Assembly (NCBI GenBank): GCA_964016885.1 | Contig: OZ024754.1 | Location: forward strand, 42,532,001-42,596,000 | Source of the DNA: Eledone cirrhosa | Taxonomy: Eukaryota | Reading direction: 5' to 3' | Length of the DNA: 64,000 bases | Part shown: positions 1 through 13,776 of the stretch, piece by piece | Layout of the letters: the number at the start of each line of letters is the position of its first letter | How positions within the stretch are numbered: the stretch's first letter is position 1 | Made by a program: the position numbers and the translations under genes | Notes under the pieces: model-generated | Told to the model about the DNA's origin: nothing | Seen by the model: only the letters and a program-made list of their open reading frames with translations | Database searches by the model: none

Positions 1-138
1 AAATTCCGTTATAACGAAAATGTTTTCAATCCCCAGTCACACCCTTGATGTGTTAGGTCGATGTCGTTATAAAGAATGTTTTCATTACAACGAATTTTTT
101 TTATACCCCGTGAATTTCGTTATAACGGAATTTCACTG
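1..138. mobile_element. Tigger/pogo-like MITE, left end cut by the window, in a Girdin intron
   Basis: AAATTCCGTTATAACGAA at 1 and inverted TTCGTTATAACGGAATTTCACTG ending at 138. Confidence 0.8.
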
Positions 139-206
139 GCTTTATCTTTCATATTCCCCTTCGAAATATTAATATTTCAAATGAAATAATAAAAACTCAT
201 ACTTAC

Positions 207-295
207 ATCTGACTCATGACAGTTGTTAGGAAAACCCCTCCATAGATATCTTTGTATTGTAATGCCGGAGAATTACCCTCCCGAAAAGTATCTAT
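207..295 (-). CDS. CCDC88A: Girdin/CCDC88 family coding exon 2 (IDTFREGNSPALQYKDIYGGVFLTTVMSQ); gene continues left of the window
   Basis: Acceptor ttttatAG, donor GTAAGT, in frame with exon 1. GVFLTTVMSQ resembles Girdin/Hook-domain DGVFLNQVMLQI. Confidence 0.85.
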
Positions 296-554
296 CTATA
301 AAACAAAAGGAAACGAAAATATAATCAAAATAGTTCATTAAAAAACAGAAGGACGACATTTAAAAAAAAATTCTTTTATAGTCTTTTAGTATTTATTTAC
401 ATCTTGTACACAAACAATATATATAATGAATATGATTTACATGAATAAATCTATAGAAATTAGAGTAAAAAACCCCAGAGGTGTGCACAAATATTGGTGT
501 TTCTCCCTAAAACATGTTATAATCAAGAAAGACACTACCAAGGTTCTGCCGTGA

Positions 555-992
555 GTGATAGCGAGACTAAGGAGTTGCAATAGCCAAACACTTTTACCAG
601 GAGTATCACCTGATACTTCAGTAAGACAGTGATAGCGAGACTAAGGTGCTGGAATAGTCAAACACTTTTATCAGGAGCATCAGTGATACTTCAGTCAGAC
701 ACAGTGATAGCGAGACTAAGGTGTTGCAATAGCCAAGCACCCCTATAAGAAGCATCACTTGATACTTCAGTCAGACACAGTGATAGCGAGACTAGGGAGT
801 TGCAATAGCCAAACACCCTCACGAGAAACAATCACCTAATATTTCAGTCAGACAGTGATAGCGAGACTAAGGTGCTGGTATAGCCAAGTACCCTCACGAG
901 AAGCACCACCTGCATACTTCAGTAAGACAGTGATAGCGAGACTAAGCAGTTGTAATAGCCAAACACCTTTAGCAGGAGCAACACCTAATATT
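555..992. repeat. ~75-bp tandem repeat, 6 copies, in a Girdin intron
   Basis: GTGATAGCGAGACT at 555, 629, 704, 780, 855, 930. Confidence 0.92.
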
Positions 993-1809
993 TAACAACA
1001 ACATCGTTGTCAGTGACCCAGCTATGAGTTTAAAACCAAAGAAGACACGAAAAAGAGGAATGAATCTATCAAGGAAATATCTCAGCTATTCTCCATCACT
1101 TTCGTCTGAAAAAGACGAAAAATAAAGAATTCGCAGCAATGACGAATACATTTATAATCAATCAATCAATTCGACTGGACAGATCTTAAGACACTGATCG
1201 AAATATGAATCATATAAAACGTCAAATTCGACACTAAATCTATAACAAATAAAACAGTCTTATATTTTTGAGATCTTTGAATATCGATGACTGTATTATG
1301 GACTAGAAGCCCGAGGAAGTAGACAATCTCTGATCGATAATTTCATTTTACATTAAGTTAAACCAATTCCAATAATTTTCATTAATCATTGTCAAACCTA
1401 ATTTAATTGTAAACATTTCTCTTAATAATTAACCATTCTAAATTTACTTCTTCCTGTAAGAACGGTTGGAAGAGATAAAACGAGGTCCCATCCATGTTCT
1501 GATATTTTCCCTTCCCTTTACACTAAAATCAATCAAGTGGTATTTACATATACAGATCAATCGAGTACCGTTCATCTATATATTATTAACTCACCACGAT
1601 TGCAGTCTACCTAAAACGAAACAAGACCGGTTTTTTTTATCTGAGCCGATATAAATAAATATACTGTTGTGCAAAGGGAAATATAGTTGATATGATCTAC
1701 TCCTCAATATATTACTGGTATATATTCTATTCTAACTGAACTGGAGTGAAATGGCTAAAAGGGAGTTGTGTATATTTTACCACAATAACAACATTAAACA
1801 CCAGAACAC

Positions 1810-1870
<61 letters not shown>

Positions 1871-1950
1871 GGTGGGCTTAAAAGGCCATAGGCTGACTAT
1901 GAAGCAGTTGATGCTAGTGCTGCGAAATCTTGCATGCATTAATTTCAACT

Positions 1951-2000
<50 letters not shown>

Positions 2001-2429
2001 CATATATCTACATGTGTATATATATATATATATATATATACATAAATGTAGATATATGTAATATATATATATATACATATATATTTACATTAATTTAAAT
2101 CAATTTCAATAATTTTCTTTAATCATTGTCAATATATACACACACATCACACATGAACTTTCCAGCCGAACCTCGTGTATTGATCTCTAGAAAAATAAAA
2201 GACAAGAGAACTTGTGGAATTTGAACTCTGATCGGAAAGAGACTAAAGACATACGATATAACCATTAGCCTACAACTCTACCATTCCCCTCACTCCAGCA
2301 CCGACCAATGTACATACATACACACATACATATATACACACACACACATGTATATATATACACACACACAGCCGATATAAATTCCTACATTTATAGAGAT
2401 ATCGATTATTATAAATACAACAGACTTAC

Positions 2430-2480
2430 CCATATAACTAAAGGACTTTGCATGAAACATTCTTCGGGCTGCGACGCCAT
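2430..2480 (-). CDS. CCDC88A: Girdin/Daple (CCDC88, Hook-related) family gene, first coding exon MASQPEECFMQSPLVIW
   Basis: ATG at 2480, 17 codons, phase-0 donor GTAAGT at 2429..2424. FMQSPLVIW resembles the Girdin N-terminal FMTSPLVTW motif. The paralog (A/B/C) is not resolvable. Confidence 0.85.
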
Positions 2481-3273
2481 GTTTAACTGTATCCCTATAT
2501 TTTGATTCCTTTTAATGTTTTTTTCTCTCTCTCTTTATATATATTTATATATATATTTATATATATATATATATATATATTTAATTACAACAAAACAACA
2601 AACAACAGAATTCCCTAGAATTCTGTCGTCTGTAAGGGCAGGACTGCCTCTTCAATCTCTCCTGCTGCAACAGCAGCCTTCTTTTGGTTCCTCTACTTCT
2701 TTCAAGTAGAAGATATAAGAAGCAAGCCGGGTCTTCTTACCCAGCAAGCTTTTTATTATTATTTCTATTATTTGTTTCTCCTTTTCCTTTCTATATTATA
2801 TTATATTCTTTTTTTATATATATATTTCTTTCACCTTGCCGTAATTTTAGTTAAAGATACTAATAATCCCAAAGGCTGGCAGGAAGCAAGCTGGGTGCCA
2901 GCGCCATATATCAACCAGTACTTCATCGTTCCATTCAGGTAAATTCCAACAGGAATACTACAACAGAAATGAGAAATAAAATTTTATTAATTAGATATTG
3001 TTCTGTAGAAAAGAAAATCAAAAACGAAATTAAAGAACAGATATTAAAACAAGAATCTTTGAAATTTTATTTTTTCAAATTACTTTAAATATCTTTCTGC
3101 AAGTTCTTCTTGAATACTTGCAAGCATGAAGTTAGAGAATATAAACAACAGACGAAGGAACTTGTATTGCACACACAACCATATATGTATGGGTGTATAG
3201 ATATATATTCTAGACATATACACCCCTATATATGCACTATACATGCAACTATGTGTGTGCGTAGAAAAGCATA

Positions 3274-3308
<35 letters not shown>

Positions 3309-3439
3309 GCATATCGAATTACACACACACATATATATATATGAGGAAGTATTCATATACTTACACACACGCATCGATATAAACAAGCTTACAAAACACA
3401 CATGTAATACATGTATTATACCTCAATAAACGTTAAAGC

Positions 3440-3875
3440 AATGTTATACACACACCATCACACACAAGCGATGCTATATATACACACACCATCGATGCTA
3501 TATATACACACACCATCACACACAAGTGATGCTATATATACACACACCATCACACACAAGCGATGCTATATATACACACACCATCACACACAAGCGATGC
3601 TATATATACACACACCATCACACACAAGCGATGCTATATATACACACACCATCACACACAAGCGATGCTATATATACACACGCCATCACACACAAGATTG
3701 TACACACACTAGCAATATCATACACATACACAAGCGATGTTATATACACACACCTTCACACACAAGCGATGTTATATACACACACAAGCAATGTTATATA
3801 CACACACCATACACACACAAGCAATGTTATATACATACACCTTCACACACAAACCCTGTTATATACACACACAAT
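3440..3875. repeat. 34-bp minisatellite (CACACAAGCGATGCTATATATACACACACCATCA)
   Basis: Direct tandem copies, degenerating toward the 3' end. Confidence 0.9.
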
Positions 3876-3954
3876 CACGCGCACATATTAAAATCCCAAA
3901 CACGATAATTATAGTATCAATCAAGTATACCAACTATACATACATGTATGGTGC

Positions 3955-4400
3955 ACAAGGCCAGCAATTTCAGGGGTTATGGGGTGGGGACTGATTAAAT
4001 TGACGCCCCCCCCCCCGGCCAGGAATTTAAGGGTTAAGAGATGGGGATAGATTAAATCAACCCCCCAAAGCTAGTAATTTAAGGGATTAAGGGGTGGGGA
4101 CTGATTAAATCGACCCCCCCCCCCCAAGGCCAAGAATTTCAGGGTTAAGAGATGGGAATAGATTAAATCGACACCCCCAGGGCCAGGAATTTCAGGGTCG
4201 AGGGGTGGGGATTGATTAAATCGACCCCCCAAGGCCAAGAATTTCAGGGTTAAGAGATGGGAATAGATTAAATCGACACCCCCAAGGCCAGAAATTTCAG
4301 GGTTGAGGGGTGGGGACTGATTAAATCGACCCTCTCCCCCAAAGGCCACCAATTTCAGGTATAAAGTGAAAGTCGATTAAGTCAACCCCAGAAGGATGAA
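3955..4400. repeat. ~50-60-bp tandem amplification of a SINE segment
   Basis: Repeated GGCCA(A/G)GAATTTCAGGG...GATTAAATCGACCCCC leading into a - strand SINE. Confidence 0.75.
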
Positions 4401-4895
4401 AGGCAAAGTCTACCTCGGCGGGATTTCGAAATCGGAACTTAAAGAGCCGAAACAAAATATCATTAAAGTATTTAATAGTGTCGGTAGAGGGTCGGACGCT
4501 ATGCTTTGCAGCATAGAGTTATGACCCTTTACGTTCTGTGTTCAAATCCCGCTTTCACCCTTACGGGGTCGATAAAATAAAGTACCAGTAATGCACGGCC
4601 TTGTGCCAAAAGTAGAAACAAACTAATTTGGTGCGCTAACGATTCTTACTAACCCACCACCATGGCATATATATATATATATATATGTTTATATATATGT
4701 TTATCCCGGGTTCAATCGGGGGTAACCACAGTAAGTAAGGTACTCAATTTCTCACGAATGAAACAGTTCTAGTCCCGTAAAAGCCATTTCTATATTAGGG
4801 AACCGCACTATATGGGGGACAGGGAGTTCTGGGGCATGAGAATGAGATCCATCATCTCAACAGTAGTCTAAGAATGATGATGATGATGATATTAA

Positions 4896-4931
<36 letters not shown>

Positions 4932-6269
4932 ATACGAATAATAGTACCAGTTATTAAAGCTAGCAACTTGTTCAGGTAGCACCACCAACGGCCCATACAC
5001 ACCACATTCCTCATAGATACACCTATCATAATATTTACTATTCGTCACTACCTTCGTTCTTGTACAGTTCCAAAAATCCTGGGTCTTTGGTAACAAATAA
5101 AACCATTTTGTTGTTATATTTCTCATAAAAAACTGCCTAATATTTTCAAAACAAATTTCATTTTTAAACCAAGAACTTGAAGAGATTTAGCAATATTTCT
5201 CATTATCACACGGGTGTTTGGAACTTAACATAACAAAGGTTCATACATAGTTCAGAGCTGTTTAGAATAAATAGTTTTTTTAAATATATATGATAGAAGC
5301 AGGGTTGGTTATCAAAAGGGGTTAATTCAGTCATACCTTTTAATTTGCTGTTGTTGTTCCCTCCGGGACTAGTTAATAAATAACCCTGAACCTCATTGCT
5401 CCCATCAATACGAAATCTTTTTTTTTTTAAGGCTCACACATCAACTCTCTCATCCTCATCCACAGTAAAAGGTATTAAAAGGATTATTAGAAGGGTTTTG
5501 ACAAATACCGCAAAACAGCATCAGTGTGTTGTTAAAGAGAAAGGTGAACTTAAGAGCAGCAAAGACCGGGGCAACAAGCTCTGATGGAATTTTGTCAAGA
5601 TATAATTGTTTGTGGTTTCTGGTGGCCACCAGAGGAATGACAACGGTAAGAGGGGGGTGGAGAGTGGAAGACAGAGAGGATAGAGGGGGAGGAGATTAGA
5701 GAGAAGGAGATGGAGTAAATAAGAGGAAGGGGATTAGAAATACAGAGAGAGGGGTGTAAAGGAGATGGAGTAAATAAAAGAGGGAGAGAAAGAAAGAGAG
5801 AGGAGACTAGAGATACAGAGAGATAGAGATGCAAAGAGAGTTAGAGATACAGAGAGAGGGAGTGTAAAGGAGATAGAGAAAAAGAGAGAGGGAGTGTAAA
5901 GAAGATGGAGAGAGAAAGGGGAGACAGAGAGAGAGAGTATAAAGAAGCTGGAGAGAAAGAGGAGAGGGAATGTAAAGGAGCTGGAGAGAGAGGGGGAATG
6001 TAAAGGAGCTGGAGAGAGAGAGAGGGAATGTAAAGGAGCTGGAGAGGGAGAGAAAGAGGAGAGGGAATGTAAGGAGCGGGAGAGAGAGAGGGGGGAGAGA
6101 TAGAGAGGGCGAGTATAAAGGAGCTGGAGAGAAAGAGAGAATTAGTTAAATGATTTAGTGAGAAGATGGAGCAATAATGAGAGATGTTGAACAGAATTAA
6201 AGACCAGTTTCCCTTTCCCAGTCTATATTACTTGAGGTTCAGTGGAGTAGACTGGGAAAGTGTGTGTGT

Positions 6270-7018
6270 GTAGAAGAACCAATCACACACATATATATAT
6301 ACACAAATAGATATTCAAATAAATACGCACGCACACACACCCACACTCACATATATATAAACACAAACATATATATATATACACACATATAGATACACAC
6401 AAATATATATATACACACAAATATATATATACACACACAAATATAGATACACACACATATATACTTACAAACATATATAGATACACACACATATATACTT
6501 ACAAACATATATGTATATACTTACACACAAACATATATATATATACAAATATAGATACACACATATATACACACAAATATAGATACACACACATATATAC
6601 TTACAAACATACATATATATACTTACACACAAACATATAAAACATATATATATATATATATAAAGTATTTCCGTAGGAAAGCGAGAGAGATAATCTGAAT
6701 GAGAGATGGTAAAAATAAGAGAAAGAAGGAACAAGAGACTATCGCTATGTGAGAATACATGTGACAGATTAAAGGGTTAAACATGTGGTAAACTACTGAA
6801 TGCTCGGCATCTTGTTCTTCTGATTCACATTATATACCATGTATATAAGACAGTTTATATTTTTATATACTCACGGCGGTATATAACTACGTGTAGTTTA
6901 CAAATATATATATAGACTCATAGGCACGTGTATATTTCAGAAATATATGTATATATGAAACATACATACATATTTACATGAAAAACAAAGTGTACGTAAA
7001 AGTAGCAATATATATATA

Positions 7019-7067
<49 letters not shown>

Positions 7068-7259
7068 ATATATATATATGTGTGTGTATATATATATATG
7101 TGTATATATATATATGTGTATATATATATATGTGTGTATATATATATATGTGTATATATATATATGTGTATATATATATGTGTATGTGTATATATATATA
7201 TATGTGTGTATATATATATATATGTGTGTATATATATATATATGTGTGTATATATATAT

Positions 7260-7353
<94 letters not shown>

Positions 7354-7680
7354 GTGTATATGTATATATATGTGTGTATATGTATATATATATGTGTATA
7401 TATATATGTGCATATATATATATATATGTGTATATATATATGTGCATATATATATATATATGTGTATATGTATATATATGTGTGTATATGTATATATATA
7501 TGTGTATATATATATGTGCATATATATATATATATGTATATTTATATATATATATATATGTACATATATATATATATATATGTGCATATATATATATATA
7601 TATGTGTGTGTGTGTATATATGTATGTATATATATGTATGTAGGTGTATGTATGTATGTGTGTGCATGTATATATAAAGC
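6270..7680. repeat. (TA/CA/TG)n compound microsatellites
   Basis: Dinucleotide runs; source of the YIYI pseudo-ORFs. A similar block lies at 10785..11290. Confidence 0.95.
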
Positions 7681-9361
7681 AGTATACACTCCTCAGGTGA
7701 GAATTGAGGCCAGGTATTTGTTGTAGTGGTGGAGGCATTGTAGAAGAAATTTAAGACGTTAGAGAGAAATTTACTCGGGTCACGATTATAAATATATATA
7801 AATATATATATATAATATATAATATATATATATATAGTTGTTTAAACTCTTGCTGTTTTAAACATAACATAATTTACTGAATAATAAAGGGTAAAAAATC
7901 CAATTTAGGGGTTAAATGTCATTAAACAATTAAAATAATTCTAGAACTCACCTTGAATATTTCAAATATTTCTGTTTTTAAATAGTAAAATACTAGTAAA
8001 AGTTGATAGGTAGTAACTAGGTAAGTATTAGTATTTCAGTCAGTAGCTTGAAAGACTTAGACTTTTCTAGTTGTATGTAGTTATTTATAAATATATATTT
8101 TAGTAAAGCTTCTAAGTTTTTTTTTCATTATTTCAAGTGAAGAAGAAGCATTTTAAATAATTCATCGTCATTTAATTTATTTTATTTATGTGAAATAAAA
8201 GCGATTGTTGTCGCGCTGTCGTTGAAATAGTGTTGGTATCGATGATAGCCATTGTAAATATTTAAATATTAATCCTGTGAAAGGTGTGGAAGTCGATTTG
8301 AGTATTGGTAAATAATTCCACCGTTGAAATTCTCCAAGACTTGCTAATATCACGTCTGGTGTGTAAATGGTTGGTGTTGTTGTTGTTGTTGGTGTTGTTG
8401 TCAGTAGTAATAGTAGTAAGTGATGGAAATTGCGGTGGTGTTTGTTGACAATATCTCCTTGTATTTAGTGAGGACTTGGTAGAGAGATAGTGATATACCC
8501 AGAAACTACATCCGCATATTTGGTGGGATGTCGGTTTAGTAGGCTGTGGGCTTGGCGCACATGTTAGTGTATGTATAGGTGTGTGTGTATATATATATAT
8601 ATATGTATATACATATAATATATATGTATGTATATGTAAGTGTGTGTGTGTATATGTGTGTATGTAGGTGTATGTATATATATGTATATGTATAGGTGTG
8701 TGTATGTATATATATATATATATGTATATACATATAATATATATGTATGTATATGTAAGTGTGTGTGTGTATATGTGTAGGTGTGTGTATGTAGGTGTAT
8801 GTATATATGTATATGTGTAGGTGTGTGTATGTATATGTGTGTGTATGTATATGTGTAGGTGTGTGTATGTATATGTGTGTGTATGTATATGTGTAGGTGT
8901 GTGTATGTATATGCAAGTGTGTATTTTTACGACAGTGAGCGAGAGAAAGAAAAACACAGACAGAAGCTTTCTTTGATTCACATCGACAATTAAGGAAGGG
9001 TGAAAGAAAGGAAGAAAGACATGACTTAAACCGTTAGATTTAATAAGAATAATAATAAATGGTACAAACTGCACAAGAGAAGAAGAAATGAGAGAAGTGT
9101 GTGGTAGTTTATAAAAATACTTCTGCCACCATCCCGGTAACACTTCTAATATATGACATATCTAAACATAATTGTGATTCCTATATCATTCAGAAAAGAA
9201 CACACATACTTAGAACTGTAAACAGTTCCACCAGATTTAGACTTGGTGAGGTGTTAAGCTATATATAAAGATTTGGAGGAGGGAGCCGGCAGCCCCCTGT
9301 TAAAAACACACACATATACACCGTAAAGTCTCACAGAAAATTGGAAATCTATAATCTATAC

Positions 9362-9712
9362 CTTTAAACTATTTTAAGGGTCTCTGTGGAATGTGAGGTC
9401 CGAATCTGTAGTTTAAACTATTTTGAGGGCTTCTGTGGAATGTGAGGTCCAAATCTGTAGCTTTAAACTATTTTAAGGGCCTCTGTGGAATGTAAGGTCC
9501 GAATCTGTAGCTTTAAACTATTCTAAGGGCCTCTGTGGAATGTAAGGTCCGAATCTGTAGCTTTAAACTATTCTAAGGGCCTCTGTGGAATGTGAAGTCT
9601 GAAGCTGAACCTTTAAAATATTTTAAGGGTCTCTGTGGAATGTGAGGTCCAAATCTGTAGCTTTAAACTATCTTGAGGGCCTCTGTGGAATGTGAGGTCC
9701 GAGGCTGTAACG
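9362..9712. repeat. 50-bp minisatellite, 7 copies
   Basis: TTTAAACTATT..AAGGGCCTCTGTGGAATGT(G/A)AGGTCC at 50-bp spacing. Confidence 0.92.
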
Positions 9713-9749
9713 TGTTTAAGTTTAAATCCCGGCATTGACTGTAAACATA

Positions 9750-10460
9750 AGCACACACAGTGGTCGTTATGGTAAATGCCGCCGTCGGCACACACACAGT
9801 CGTCGTTGTTATAAGTGCCGCCGTCAAAACACACACAAGTGTCACCGTCAACACACACACACACAGTAGTTATTGCAAGTTCCACAGTTAGTACACACAC
9901 ACACAGTCGTCGTTGTTATAAGTGCCGCCGTCAAAACACACACAAGTGTCACCGTCAACACACACACACACACAGTAGTTATTGCAAGTTCCACAGTTAG
10001 TACACACACACACAGTCGTCGTTGTTATAAGTGCCGCCGTCAACACACACACAAGTGCCGCCGTCAAAACACACACAAGTGCCGCCGTCAACACACACAC
10101 AAGTGCCGCCGTCAAAACACACACAAGTGCCGCCGTCAACACACACACAAGTGCCGCCGTCAAAACACACACAAGTGCCGCCGTCAACACACACACAAGT
10201 GCCGCCGTCAAAACACACACAAGTGCCGCCGTCAACACACACACAAGTGCCGCCGTCAACACACACACAAGTGCCGCCGTCAAAACACACACAAGTGCCG
10301 CCGTCAACACACACACAAGTGCCGCCGTCAACACACACACACAGTAGTTATTGCAAGTGTCACCGTCAACACACACACACAGTCGTTGTTATAAGTGCCA
10401 CCGTCAACACACACACACACAGTAGTTATTGCAAGTGCCACCGTTAGTACACACACACAC
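9750..10460. repeat. 24-bp minisatellite (AAGTGCCGCCGTCAA(C/A)ACACACAC) with higher-order blocks
   Basis: Direct tandem copies. Confidence 0.95.
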
Positions 10461-10880
10461 ATAAAGCAATAATTCTATAGTACCTGCTTTCCTCTCGTTT
10501 AAACTCCAAACAACCAAAACACGGCGCGGTGCTGTTCGCCGTTCATGTTGCTCCAGTCGAATTTACTGAATGAATAATTTACAAAAAGTTCGAGAAAGGG
10601 AGAGAGAGAGGATGTGTGTGTACATGGAGGTGTAGTGAGAGAGAGATAATTATATATATATATATTATATTATATATATATATATGCGTGTGTGTGTATA
10701 TATTATATTATATATATATATTTCATCCTTACGGGGTCGATAAAATAAAGTACCAGTAATGCACTGGATAATTTGCTGGCCTTGTGTGTGTGTATATATA
10801 TATATATATGTGTGTATATATATATATGTGTGTATATATATATATATGTGTATATATATATATATGTGTATATATATATA

Positions 10881-10911
<31 letters not shown>

Positions 10912-10924
10912 GTGTGTGAGTGTG

Positions 10925-10957
<33 letters not shown>

Positions 10958-10994
10958 GTGTATATATATATATATATATATGTGTGTATATATA

Positions 10995-11055
<61 letters not shown>

Positions 11056-11076
11056 TTATGTGTATATATATATATA

Positions 11077-11117
<41 letters not shown>

Positions 11118-11682
11118 GTGTATATATATATATGTATATATATATATGTATATATATATATGTATATATATATGTGTATATATATATGTATATATATATA
11201 TGTGTATATATATATGTGTATATATATATGTGTATATATATATATATATACTATATATATATATATATGTGTGTATGTATGTATTATATGTATTTATATA
11301 TTCGTTCCTTGCTCATATAGGTATGTATGTGTACATAGCTGTGAACAATACTGTAGCAGAAACAAAACATGAGTCCACCAGCCAGATTTACTCCACACTG
11401 GTTGCTGTTATTATATTTTATTTTCTTCTTCTATATCGTAGTATCATAGTCTTGTAGTATCACCTTTCACCTTTGTACTTCGCCCTGCCATACATCATAG
11501 TACACGGGAATCTGCTATGTATCTAGCAGCAATATTTACTTATATATATATATATCATCATTATTAATACATTGAATTCTTATTCGTATCAGATTTCTGT
11601 TTTTATATACATAAATACAGCTTCTATTATTTTATTTCGTGAATACGTACATAGAGGTGAGTGTATGCTGATGTGTTTGTAC

Positions 11683-12098
<416 letters not shown>

Positions 12099-12229
12099 CT
12101 TGACTCTGTATACCGTTTATCTTTCACCGAAAGTGATTTTTCATTACATCTCTTCTTTCCATGATATCCGGAATACATTGAGTTCTTCATACGGATTGGA
12201 CACTACCGTAAACTCTTGGTAGATTTATC

Positions 12230-12268
<39 letters not shown>

Positions 12269-12965
12269 CGATTTAGGACCCCGACGGCTGAGCTCCGGCC
12301 GTTTCGACAGCGCGTGAAAAAAAAACAGACGTAAAAAGGATGATGATATATATATATATATATTATGTATACTCCAGTCCTACAAACTGTAGAGTGCTTC
12401 TTATCCGATATCTGCATTGCTTTATTGTACTACAATAAAACTCACCTCCTACATTATATATATATGTATATATATATATATATATTCGTTATAACGGAAT
12501 TTTACTGTGTGTATATATATATAGTGCAAATTTATACGGGAACAAAACAGAGAGGCAGACAAATAAAGGTTTATTAGGTTCGCGCTTTTGAGAGTTGGGG
12601 GGGGGGGGGTTTCGGGCATAAGCCCTTCTTCAGGAGTAAATAGGTGAGGAAGAGAGTTCAGAGGGTGTGTGGAAATACATTTAGAAAAAAAGGGGGAAGG
12701 AGAACAAATAAAAATAAACATAAGAATAAACAATAAGATGAACAAGTGGTGGAAGGGTGTGAGGCGTGTAATGGTGGTGGCGGGTGGAGTTGACAGAGGG
12801 AGGCGGGGGGTCGAAGCGGGGAAGACTGAAGGTGTTTGTGTATGTGTGTAGGTGTACGTGAGTATGTGTGTGTGTGTATGTGAGAGTTTGAGGAAGAACG
12901 AGGTTCCATGTTCAGGAAAAGGTGTGTGCGTGGAGTAAGTCGGTGTATATATATATATATATATA

Positions 12966-13136
12966 CAGTGAAATTCCGTTATAACGAAATTCACGCGTTA
13001 TAAAAAAAAATTCGTTGTAAAGAAAAATTCTTTATAATGAGATCGACCAAAACAAATTGAGCGTTTGTTTGTTGTTACCTCAGGGATTGAAAAAAATTTC
13101 GTTATACTGAAAATTCGTTATAACGGAATTTTATCT
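12966..13136. mobile_element. Tigger/pogo-like MITE; another copy at 1..138 and an isolated end at ~12486..12508
   Basis: TA|CAGTGAAATTCCGTTATAACGAA ... TTCGTTATAACGGAATTT terminal inverted repeats. Confidence 0.8.
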
Positions 13137-13234
13137 ATATATGTGTATATAAATATAGTGTTAATAAATACGATGATCAGAAACAGAAGAGGACTCAATA
13201 GGGATTGTATATATATATATATATTTCCATCAAA

Positions 13235-13776
13235 ATTGATGGGTAGACCAAGAAAAACCTGGGACGAGGTGATAAAAACTGACTTTGCTCACGTACACCT
13301 CTCCACGACAATGTCACTGGATTGAGATCTTTGGTGCCATGCAGTTGTACAGAAGACCCGCCTTCTCTTGCATACAAACCTACAGTGAGTAGGCACCTCT
13401 TAACCCAATATACACCCCACCCCATCCCCCCATTTCCGTCCAAAACAAAAAGCACCCAGTCCACACTGTAAAAGTGGTCATGGAGGTGTCATGACAAAAA
13501 GCAGCTGGAACTCACTGTAAAGTGGTCGTGTAGGTGACACGGTAAAAAGGCTCCCAGTCCACACTGTAAAAGTGGTTGTGGAGGTGACAGGACAAAAAGG
13601 ACTCAACCCACACTGTAACTGTGGTTGGCATTTTAGGTAGAGCATCCAGCCATAGAAACCTAGCCAAAACCAGTTCTGTGTGAGCGAAACACAACCCTTC
13701 AACCTGGATCTCTCACAATGGGACATCCCATCCTACACATGCTAACGTGGAAAATGGACGTTAAATGATGATGATG
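13235..13776 (+). mobile_element. Degenerate RTE 3' fragment
   Basis: GRPRKTWDEVIKTD, ~48-bp 3' UTR repeats (CACACTGTAAAAGTGG...), GGACGTTAAAT and (GAT)n. Confidence 0.85.

Noticed and set aside
555-992. CRISPR-like look (conserved core plus variable middle)
   Set aside because: The 'spacers' are homologous to each other, the context is a eukaryotic intron and there are no cas genes; it is a diverged minisatellite.
3080-3128. MLASIQEELAERYLK as an alternative Girdin first exon
   Set aside because: The nearby GT gives phase 2, incompatible with the phase-0 downstream exon, and there is no homology support.
9815-10447. Mucin-like repeat ORFs (also 3411..3908 and 38051..38422)
   Set aside because: Minisatellite translations, open in several frames and on both strands.
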